From Antedon mediterranea (lineage: Eukaryota > Animalia > Echinodermata): a DNA stretch of 64,000 bases. The stretch is taken from the NCBI RefSeq assembly GCF_964355755.1, contig NC_092680.1, positions 15,757,045 through 15,821,044 of the forward strand. Direction: 5' to 3'. Below, in pieces: positions 13,481 through 24,513 of this stretch. The position numbers and the translations under genes were made by a program. Each line of letters opens with the position of its first letter. The first letter of the stretch is position 1. The notes beneath the pieces were generated by a model. The model was given only the letters and a program-made list of their open reading frames with translations. It was not told the origin of the DNA and ran no database searches.

Positions 13481-13809
13481 ATTGTATCAATGGTTAAGAA
13501 TAAAAAATCAGGATCGGATAAAAAAATAATGATGGTATGGTTTGTCCATTAATAGTTTCTTTTAAATAAAATAAAGTCTTTGGTACAGTACAAATTTTTG
13601 TAATAAATGAAAAAAATGTGTACAATAGTGTTTTATTAACAAATTTGCATAACTTTATGCACAAAAAAATTACATTTACATTATATAAAACAATTTAATA
13701 GAGCTTGCCAATTAATGAATGTCGTAAGACTGTACTCCATCAGTAGGATATGCCTATAAAAAAACTGAGGAAGAATATGAGCAGTAAATACTGTACTTAT
13801 CAGCAGAAT

Positions 13810-14119
13810 ATCCAGGATGCATTATTTTTTTCGTCTATGAGGCTAATGCAGAACTCATGAATAATTTATGATTAATTATGACATTATAGGGTCGCTATAT
13901 AAAGCGACCCCGTGTCAACAGGTTTTGGAGGTATAGGCTTTAGACTACCTAAGCTCCCTGGATTCATCAACATCATCCGTGTTTTGTTTAATAGTTGAGA
14001 GAGATTTTTGAGAAGTTATATGTAGGAAGTAATTCTTTATCATAGAAAAACATTAGGGTCATGCATTAATCATGATTTCTGCCTTAACCTAATAGGAAAA
14101 CAAATACTGCATCCTGGAT
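13810..14119. mobile_element. MITE-like element with imperfect long TIRs
   Basis: atccaggatgcattatt...gaggctaatgcagaa at the left mirrors ttctgccttaacct...aaatactgcatcctggat at the right. Confidence 0.6.
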
Positions 14120-14300
14120 GCCATGCAAAAATGGTGAGGGTGAAAATAATGATGTATACACACTCATTGTTTAAGACTGGTGTACATTTCCATAAACTAT
14201 ATTAAATTAAAATGGCATCAATTTAATGAACTCTGTCCACTCAAACATGGCATCAGTATGACCAACAAATAACCTACATAACAGATCAATTCCCACACAC

Positions 14301-17300
14301 TTATCTTCTGTAGCGATATCTCTTAAATCTAAACCAAAGCTGGAATATACTGTTACTAAATTGACAGCGAAAGCCATGCCTGTGGCTGTATTCCCATTCT
14401 CTGTTCACAATCTTGAAAGCAATATCCTATGATAAGAAAACAAATATTGTACATAAATGAAACAACATACTGTATTCTTCCAACATTAGTTGTAGAAAAA
14501 AACCTTTTACTTTTACATCTCGCCCTGATTCGGTCTGGCACCCTGAGAAAAATTTTGCAAGCATGCTTTCAGATCGAGCACGAATTCAATTATTCATTAT
14601 CATGATCTTATGATTTCAGAAAACAAATGGTTTCTTGATCTACGTATTTGAAGCCCTAATAAGGAATGGATTTAAATCGTACGAGTTTGGTGTGAATGAT
14701 CCTATGCTTTACAACTAAACCCATTTTGAACGATATTTTTCTCAGGGCACCGGACTGAATCTGGAGCATGATGTAAAAGTGGGGTTCTACTCTACTAAGG
14801 TACACAACCAGGATACGTGCAAACAGTTTTCAGATTCAAGGTATTACAGCTAATGTTTAAAATAAATTAGATGAAACCAAGCATTTACCTCGTATGGTGG
14901 TCCAGCATTGAACCGCAACACAGCAAAATCTTCATTGGTGGTATCAGGAGTTACTGTGTACTCTGGTGCAGTTCTTTTGTCAATCAAATCAGGGTAAAAT
15001 ATCTGAAATTTGACAATTAAAAACATTAGGAATTACTAACACAGTTTGAAGCAGTTGATTTTGTACAGAAGAGACAAACAAATGTGCAGAATTATATTCA
15101 AACATGGGTGTTAATTTAATAAGTAATAAGAAGTTTACAATAATGCACTATTTTAGTTTATGAAGCGCCCTTTACCGGAGCCTCACAGTGCAACATGAAA
15201 AGAATAGCTACTGAAATAGGTGAGTTTTCAAGACAGATTTTAATTGAAAAGGGGATGGAGTGTGACGGATCGAACAAGGAAGTTACCAGTTCCAGATCTC
15301 TGGTGCTTGAGCAAAGAAGCACGGATTATAGGTTGGTTCTAGGTGGTGTTAGCATAAGAGGATCCGTTTCAGAACTTACTTCAGATAGTAAATTATATAT
15401 TGATGTTATGAAAGTACTCACATTAAACTTGTATCCTTGCACAACCTTTGGTGGTGGGTTGTCCATATCATAATGAGTCTGGTTATACTTGTTCCATTCA
15501 AAACCCTACATTATTAAACAAATAATATTTACTACAATATTGAACACACTGTTTTATGAATCAATACTAATGTATTAAAACAAATGAATTTATTGCTTCA
15601 CTAGTAACTTCAGTAAAAATTTATAATAATTACTTTTATTATTCTATTGTTAAATAATCAGAAAATCAATAATTTCTAGTACTTACTGTGTGGACACGGT
15701 TAAAGAAACGTGGTTTCCTGGGACGATATTTGTCAGACCAGAGGTACGGCTCCTGTTTCTTGATGTCCATCTCAACTGCAAAAGTTGCTTCATCTGACCC
15801 CATACCCATCCGTGCCTTCTTGATGAACTCACTTTCAGCTGTATCCTATAAAAAATAATAAAGAATATTGCAATGAAAAATGTTATCCCTTTTACACAGA
15901 CAGTGAAAATGAGGATTTGGTTGAGAATGTGTTACAATTTTAATACATGGAACACCGAATTGCGAAATTGTACATTGATGTTGCCTGCAAGATGGAATGG
16001 AGGCAGTGCACAGTTTATCAGAGGAAAAGGTGAAAGATACAAGTTCTGGTGGAAAGAAGATGATGGCTCTGCAGGTGGAAGAGTAAGAGCTTTCAGGTAA
16101 AGTTATTGTGAGGAGAAAGAGTGACAGAAATATTTTATTAGTGAGGTACAGGATAAGCAAGTAATTTTTTTTTTCATACAAAATGCACGAAATGCTTTAC
16201 ATAAAGCTAATCAAAAACAGTTTTGTGAGGAAAAACTGCCTTAAGCTGCTTTCTCATCACAACAGACACCCATGTTCATGCTCGACGTGAAAGCACACTT
16301 AACACTTGCAATATATTTCTCAGGGCACCCGACCGAATACAGGCGCGGTGTGGAAACTGCTTAAACGGGATTTGAACTCATGATCATTAAACACTTACCT
16401 TAGCTGATCCAGTGGCCATTAGCCTTTTACGTAGGACTTCCAATTTAGCCATGTCTTCTTCTGGATCAAAGAGGATAGTGTCTGGTGGCAGATCCCGTGT
16501 TCTCATTAGTGCTGGTGAATACCTGCCCTCATTGTAGTCATCATGACTCTGCTGTTGAAGATCTTCTTCTGTGATCAATGCTTCCACTCTAAAAAAAGTA
16601 AAAGAGATTCATTTAGTGCATCAAAAATTGGAATAAGTAAATCGAAGTACTGTCTTGTAACAATATACACTGTAGATTGGTAGTACCAACCAAAGCTAAG
16701 CTGTTCAACCCTTTTGTATCTTGTATCAAGACAAAAGCACCAGTCATGCAGGCTTGGCTGATGCTGGTGCAGAATGAAGGGAAATAATAGAAGCCTTATA
16801 ACAAAACTTAACATTATTTACCATAAAATATATTGTAGTATATAAGTTTTTGTTTCTATATATATATCTCATATGCCTAAATTATATTTAGTAATTGGTA
16901 TTACCATAAATCTTCTAATTGTAACCCTGGGTTATTATTCTTTGATTGTTTTTTTAGGGTGGGTTACTATTAGAAGGGGGGTTACTATTAGAGTAGTGGG
17001 TTACTATTACTAATCTTAATCTAACTTTATTTTATTATTAAACTCTTTATTTATTTTTTAAACTCAAAAACACTCAATCCTCCTCCCCCACTATCGAGAT
17101 CAACACGAATTATCTCCTTATTTTCAAAATATGGCTGCATCATAAGTTTTTGTGACTATTAGAGCAGTGGGTTACTATTAGAGTGTGGGTTACTATTAGA
17201 AGATTTACGGTATATTCTTTTTAACTGCTGCAGTATAATAGTAATGCAAATTTGACAAATAAATGTTAAAATAAACATACTCTTCATCTTCTGCATCATT

Positions 17301-20300
17301 ACTGGTAGAAGGCTGATCCTCTTCCTTTCCACCTGTCGCTCCTTCAGGTTTCTCCTCTTCAATGTCTTCATCTGAATCTGAACTGCTAAGTTCAATCTCT
17401 CCACTTCCACTAACAGCAGTAGGCTGCTGCTCAGATGAACCAGAAGGAAACATAGGTTCACTCTCGACCCCTTGCTGTAAAATAATATAGTATGACGAAT
17501 GTTTTCCATTTGTTGACAAAAGAAAGAATAATGACTGCAGTATGGTGGAAGCTTTACACAAAGGTACTCTTCATAGGGGATGAAAATTGTTGTATAAGTA
17601 ACTTTCAGTTTACTTCACTTTGAGATGGTTGTACTGTATAAAGCGCATTAGAAATATGTATCCATTAACCATTATAGAACCCTCAAAACAAAGGCTTAGT
17701 ATTATTCTGTAACTTGAAGAAACCTTGTCAGTGGCGTAACGTAGGGGCCAAATTAATTCTTCTGGTTTAACACTCATAAAGGCCCACCAACACTGGGTAG
17801 ATGCATTGGGGCTGCTTATGCTCTAGGCCCTGCAAGCTCTGAGGCCCCTTGATGTAGCCAGTGAGAACTCATAGCCGTTATGCCACTTTTTTTAATGCGA
17901 AAAAATACCAAAATGATAAGACAAGGAAAAATTAAACAAATAAGACACATTACCTGTTGTCTTAGCACTAGTAGTTTGTTTCGTAGCTTGGCCTGATGCC
18001 TTTCCTTTAACCTGGCTCTGGCAATATATGCTTTCAAATTTTGAAGGAGTGTCTCCCAGTACCCAATATCAACAGCGCCATCATCCCCATTTAATCGACT
18101 CATGATCTGCTTTTGAAGAAGCATCAACTGGCTATGCTGAATGAAGAAAAGACAATAAAATTATACTTAGAGAACAAACTCTTAATGGGATACTTCAAAT
18201 TAGTGGAAACACATTCCAAAAAAGGAGGAAATATATATTTTACGCTATTAAACTGTGTCGAATGTGTCCTCTTAAAAAAAGAAAAGTTGAGTACAGTTTA
18301 AAATCAAGAAGACATGGAGAAGTGATTTTCATCTATTTTTTTTTTTAATTAGAAAGTCTTATTATTTTTTTAATTTCGTTTTTATAATAACAATATAAAA
18401 TGTCAACAAACATATAGTTATATTGTTTTACTTACTGTTTTGCCTTTGAAGATTTTTTCAACTTCCGAGCTAACAGAGTTGTTGATTCCTTCTCGCCTAT
18501 CAGCACCATCTAAAAACACAAGGTATTATTCATAAAAAATAACTGTTCTAAATTGGAAATAGGTTAGAGTTAGGCATGTTTTGCCGGTCGTAGATTGCAA
18601 AGTGCAATAGAGTGAGGCAGTGATGTAGACCAGATCGAAAAATTTTAGATTGGTGGAAATGGCTAAAAAATAGACTTTGAGTTTGTTTAAAATATACCCT
18701 GATCTTCTTGGGCTTAATTTGCATAAAATAAAAATGGCTTATTTTGAGTATTTATTGTAATATAGTTGACATAGATTCCATAGATATAAACATAAGGTAC
18801 TTTGATTTTGATTGTTTCGGCTATATTAACCACCCTTGTAAAATTACAGTAACGTTTGTACTTGACAATTTATCTCATATTGTATGATCGTGTGATGTTT
18901 CATTGAACTTTATTTTTTTTTTAATGTACAAGAAAACAATATTAACTGAATGAACTAAGATAACCCAAGAAAGTTTAAGAAAAAAAACCTATTTCCATTG
19001 TCAGACAGTATTGCATATTCGCTAGCCATGCTCTAGCTAGCCTAGGTTGCTAAAATCACATAGTCTTATGATATCAACCAAACATGCCTTACCTAGGCAT
19101 TCAGGATCTATCTTCTTTAGCTTAGCCAGCTCATCATCTGTTATCAATGTTATGTCTTGCCAGTAATCTACATTTTTCTTGTCATCTAACTTCATATATA
19201 CATCAATGTCTACTAATAAATTTTCTAAATCCGTAATTGTTAAACCCTAGAATAAAAATAAAGATGTGTCAAACCGAATTAGGTATTTAAAATGTTACCA
19301 TTAAAATATAGAAATGCAAACAAAAAAGAAATAATACGATTACAATTTACTTATTTATTATTTCCAAAGTATTTTTAAGGTTTGTGAGACAAATATTAAA
19401 TTAAGTAAAACCACCTACCATTAGGACTTTATATGGCTCTTGTATTTCTAGAGAAAAATCGCCATCGTCATCCTCAGCGATGTACTGTGCAAGCAAGTCA
19501 ATAGGCTTAGCTGTGGATTAATTAAAAATATATATTGTAATATATTTTTCATACTAAGTAATACATACAATATTACAACTTATACATTTTAAGTTTTATT
19601 GTTAGCACACATGTACTACAAACTCTGGAAATGAAAGGTTAATGTGCAGTCAACAACATATGAAAATCAGAATAGAAATGGGTCCATTTTTCTTAAACGA
19701 TTTTAAATCGTCTCTCACGGTTACATTCATTGTATTACTACAGTACTGTATTTGGGCAAATAGTGATAACGTATGATTTATAAGGGAACAGAAGAGTAGA
19801 GATCTCTGATATTGATACTTCTACCAAAACAACTTTTACCTCTGCCATCTTTGATTCTAATACTGGAACGTAGCTTGGCTTGCTGAAGATGAAACTACAA
19901 ACAAAATTAAATATTATTAAATTTCTGTCAAATGCATTTTTATTTTATGTCTTTAGGAACATGTGGTCAAGGATGACCAATAGTAAATTAATCAGTGCCC
20001 TATAAGATAGGTGGTAATACCAGGACACAAAGGATATTTTTTTAGTAGGTTTATCATGCATCATGCAGTGTAATTAGTTGTGTTTTCAAACATCAGGAAA
20101 CCAAATGTCATGTTTGTTTGTGATCATGTCAATAAAGAATACTTATCTTATACAATGTTAAAGTAATACGAGAACATCATCTATGAGAGTGAGTTATACA
20201 AATGCAATTTGAATGACAATTTTGTAGTTTTATCGAAGTTTATCATTTAACAAAACATTTTTTTTATTAATTGTTCAGGTGGACAATATATCGTTAAGAA

Positions 20301-23300
20301 GTAAGATATGCTTGAATTACTAAGAACAATGTACTCAGATGGCACTTGAATCGTTTTTTGCAGAATCATTTTTTTTCCGGTGTGTTGGTCCTGTTTTTGT
20401 ATTGTTATTGATACCATGAGATAAATAAATAACAAAAAAAATACAAATGCTCTTTACTGTTAAAATAAATGAACAGAAAGTTCTGTATTTTGCTGGTAAG
20501 CCTTTAAATTGTTTACTTACATTATCCTCTTGTTGTTCCCATTCCTTAAAAGATTCTGCTTCCCTTTGTCGCTGCATTAATTCCTACAATTTCAAGGACA
20601 GATTTTGTTTATTACAAAATGTATAAGAACTCTAGTATACATTTGAATATAAAGCATAGTTTGCTCTGGAAAAATGTGTAAACAATTTACTATAAGAAAA
20701 AATTCAGAAAAAAAAACAGAAAACAATGTTTTGCAGAGTATAGCAACTAGACCATTAGCACTCAATAAAGAACTGAGCAGTGTTTTTATTACTACAATTT
20801 CAAAACATACACTAATAAGTTTGCACAGTTTTTAAGGTTGTTAAAAAAAAAACAAAGAATTTTATTATTATTTTTTTTTGTTTAAGATATATATTTATTT
20901 CTAAAAGTGAATTAAATATTTCGGAGACAGTTTGTTAAAAAAATGATTTATGAATATTAATTTTTAGAAAGGTACCCCTTCTTTATTTATTTTTCAATGT
21001 TTGTGTATTCTGTATACTGTATGCATATTTGATTATATTCTATATTTATCGGTTTTTATCATACTAATATTTGGCAATTTTTAAGAAAAATTAATATTGT
21101 TATTTTATTATGATAATGGACAAATAAAGCATTTTAGTATTCAATTTGTTTTATTAAATATCTATTAGAGCTACAATATTGCGACTTTCTTGAATGGTTT
21201 TTCCACACTGGTTAACTATTTTTCATAAAGTAAAACCATTACCATTTCTTTTTCTCTTTCTTCTCGTTCTTTTTCTCTTTCTAACCTTCTCTGTTTAACC
21301 TTTTGCAGTTCAAGCTGTAAATAAACATTACATAAGTAAGGAATAATTGGTCAGATGTTTGCCCTACTCTGACATAATTACGCTGTATGTGTCCGTCTGT
21401 GATCTAGACATAATTTGTACTTCATACTAAGTACATGGAGAATAATTTTGCAAGTAATTCTCGGGTAGGACCCACAAGCTCCAGGTCCGTGGACTGGAAA
21501 ATGTAACAATATTACGCTGTATGCATCTGTCTGTGATCTAGACAACCACAGTTAAAGAATCATATACATTTTTGGTGAATCTGGATAAGACTTTTTTCCA
21601 AAAACCAGCTTTGATAAAACTTTATTATTTATAATAAAATCAGTGTGCAGAAATACACTTACCCTGTTTTCAATCTGCTTATGTCGACTTAACTTCTTAA
21701 TTACATTCGCATCAGCATCTTTTAATCCAAGTTTGTCATTTTTCTAGATTGTAATGAAAATATGTTATAAAATGAGGCAATTTATCACTATAGTTGAGTT
21801 TAGATGTTGCCTGGTTAAGGCAGGTGTGCCACAAATTAAAATTGTAGCCATAAAAGTTTTCTCGGATAAGGACTAGAGTCCACTGTTCAATTGTACACAA
21901 TTTGCTATTGTGCACTTCAAAGAACTTTGTACTGTATATGATTTCCTGTTTATTCTATTGTGAATTAAAACTTGTGAAACATTTGTTTGTGCAAGGAGGA
22001 AAAAAATAAAATAATAATACTTGGTTTGTGAACACCTTTTATTTTATATGATTGAATAAATAAAAATATATTTGTGTCTTAGTATTCTTGACATGTCTAA
22101 GATATAATTGTCTTACCTTATGCCAAGTGAACATTTCTAATAGGTTTGGATCAGCAAAGGGATTGTCTTGGTTTGTGTAACCCTAAAAGTGAGAAGAAAT
22201 CAAAGCGTTAAAGGTTAAAGATATGACATTAAACATAATAATCTATACTAGCCACTATGGACCTGTTCTGCTGTGAAAAAAAACTTAAATACAATTACAC
22301 CTACAGGTAATTTAAAATAACCGGGTATGGCTTTTATAACAGTTATTTAAAAAGACCCAATTGATGTTGGAAATTGATATTGCTGTGTCACTGTTATTTG
22401 ATTGATTGTATTTTCATTTTGAGTAATGAAATGTTTTTTGTCAATGACCACCCATCAATTCACCGACTGTTTGGGAGCACAAACTTAGCTAAATATGCTA
22501 TATTAAAAATTATATTTTAAATTATATAATTGTTTTGTTATTTGGGATTATGCACCAGAAATAGGCCCTATAAGGGCAACAGATCCAGTCATCACAGGTC
22601 AAGTTTTATAGCATTTTACCATCATTTCTTTATCCCATCCCATTTTTTCTTTTCTTTTTCTTTCTTTAGCTAACTTCTTTTCTTGTCTTCTAGCCCTCTT
22701 TTCTTCTGGTGTTTCCAGGGCCTTCATCACTGACTTCTGCTTTCTGAAACAAATACAATGAATCCTGTCATACACAATTTTTATTTTAAAATGTTTCATA
22801 TCAGTAATAACACAAATCAAAATCACATACTGTTATTTTGTAGTTTTATAAAGTTAATCACTTCCATAAAAATTTTCACTTATAAATTGACAAAATAAAT
22901 GGTTATTCAACCAAAAACCCACTGACTGGCAGCCAATTTAACCATTTTTTGCTTTAAATTACAGTTTTTTCAGGTAAATACATTTTGTTTCGATCCAATT
23001 TTTGGTCAAAGTGGATAACTATATGTTACATTAAAATTGCATATTCAACAAAAATTGTGTTAAGAATTATATTTTCAGGGGGACAATACATCTTTAAGGC
23101 ACAAACATGAAGAAGTTAATGTACTACTGTATGTTGCTCTAGTACAATTCCACACTAGTATAATTTAAACAGAAGCAATTCAAGTACATACGCATGAGTG
23201 TTAATTTTTTAATTTTAATTTTAATTTATTCGACTTCTCACTAACTCAGTTAGTGAAGGATCTGGACCAACAGGTGGTAAACACCTCTAAAACGGTCCAG

Positions 23301-24271
23301 TCCCAATTTGCACAGTGGTTGTGTGTGACAGTGGCTGTGTTTGTGTGGACTAGTACACCGGGGTAACCCCCTACTCGTCTCGAAAGATGTACTAGGTTCT
23401 TTAAAGTGCGCATGAGCTATGTGTACACTGGACCTACGGTTTATAGTCCTTATCCGAGAAGACTCGTTCTACCACCAGAACCATGGAGCGAGTGAGCCTT
23501 GAACCCTTGCCGATGTTATGGCTACGTAATTACGGTTCCACTGTCTTAACCGCTCGGCCACTCACTCGCTTGTAGTCATGTCTCCTGGAAGTACAGTATG
23601 CAGTCTTAAGGCCAATTTACACATACAGGCTGACACACGCTAATGAATAAAAATATAGAATCTATGTAATTAATGTCTCTTCAAACACAAAACGCTTTTT
23701 TCTTATACCTTTTCTCTTCCTTTGTCATTTCTCTTGGTCTGGATGGTGGACTTGACTTTCTTCGTTCTTTTGAGGGTGAACTGTGCTTGTGTTTCCGCCT
23801 GATGGGGGATTTTGAATTTGAACGCCTAGAGTGCTTTCTGTATCTGTTCTCTGGACTACTGTTACTGCTACTGTCATCACTTGAACTGAAGTAGATGAAT
23901 TGAACATGAATATATTGCTTTCTCAAGCTCTGTATTTAATTTTTTTTAATATTTAATTTAAGAGTGTAAAATAGGGCCTAGTCTAGCCTAGGGCCTAGTT
24001 AGTAGTACTATTTAAAAAACCCACACAACAGTCTTACACAAAAAATATATTCAGCACGCAGGATCACTTCCTCAAATTTTACAGATATTTTGTTGCAGCA
24101 AAAAGAGTTCGATTTCCGGCATTAATTTATCAGATGGTTAAAAAGCATGTCTGGCCTAGCTTACTTGACCTACCTGTACCGTCGTTTCTTGGATTTTCTT
24201 TTGTATTTAGCTTCATCTCTTTCTCTCGACCGTGATCTGTGCTTTTTATGTTTCTTTTCACTTCTACCCAT
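14301..24271 (-). CDS. CACTIN: Cactin (spliceosome C complex factor), ~701 aa, 18 coding exons
   Basis: Exons 24271-24174, 23885-23709, 22743-22620, 22182-22117, 21743-21663, 21314-21243, 20583-20521, 19894-19840, 19510-19419, 19246-19093, 18509-18436, 18136-17954, 17474-17281, 16588-16399, 15845-15687, 15505-15422, 15002-14889, 14426-14301 sum to 2106 nt in frame. Hallmark motifs: ETPEEKRARR, GYTNQDNPF, FHLQQAKLRSSIRIKDGRAKPIDLLA, WSDKYRPRKPRFFNRVHTGFEWNKYNQTHYD, FRFKRYRYRR*. Confidence 0.97.
14509..14780. mobile_element. MITE-like foldback element in a cactin intron
   Basis: acttttacatc...ccctgagaaaaat mirrored by atttttctcaggg...gatgtaaaagt. A related end occurs at ~16315-16360. Confidence 0.6.
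15160..15400 (-). mobile_element. L2/CR1-clade LINE 3' fragment
   Basis: Broken minus-strand translation FFAQAPEIWN...KSVLKTHLF resembles the conserved L2 ORF2 C-terminus (APxLWN...LKTHLF). Confidence 0.55.
16960..17200. repeat. Short gggttactattaga tandem repeats in two clusters
   Basis: About 19-bp units at 16960-17010 and 17157-17200. Confidence 0.6.
23205..23570 (-). mobile_element. Near full-length tRNA-derived SINE with Deu/Nin-type central domain
   Basis: Minus strand: A box gtggccgagcggt, B box ggttcaagg, central ctcggataaggactataaaccgtaggtcc...ttaaagaacc...tttcgagacgagtagggggttaccccggtgt (recalled DeuSINE/Nin core), and an (aaaatt)n tail. Fragments at 10-340, ~6490-6530 and ~21860-21930. 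Confidence 0.75.
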
Positions 24272-24513
24272 ATCTATATAAAAACTGTTTTGACCTTTCT
24301 TAACGAAAATCTTGTCTGGGATATTTCAGAAAAAAAAAGCAGCAGCGTAAACAATACGAAAACAAAAACGCCACCTAACGGTTGGAGAGTTGTTTTTTTG
24401 GTAAAAAATAGATGGCGCTGTTTTATTTTTAAGTTATTAGAGTGTTGTACAGTACTGCAATTACAAATCAACATGAAAGAGTGAATTTTGATTAATAATT
24501 TTGAATTCTCTAA

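Noticed and set aside
16955-17030. Interstitial telomere-like sequence
   Set aside because: The units are ~19-bp gggttactattaga variants, not a (TTAGGG)n run.
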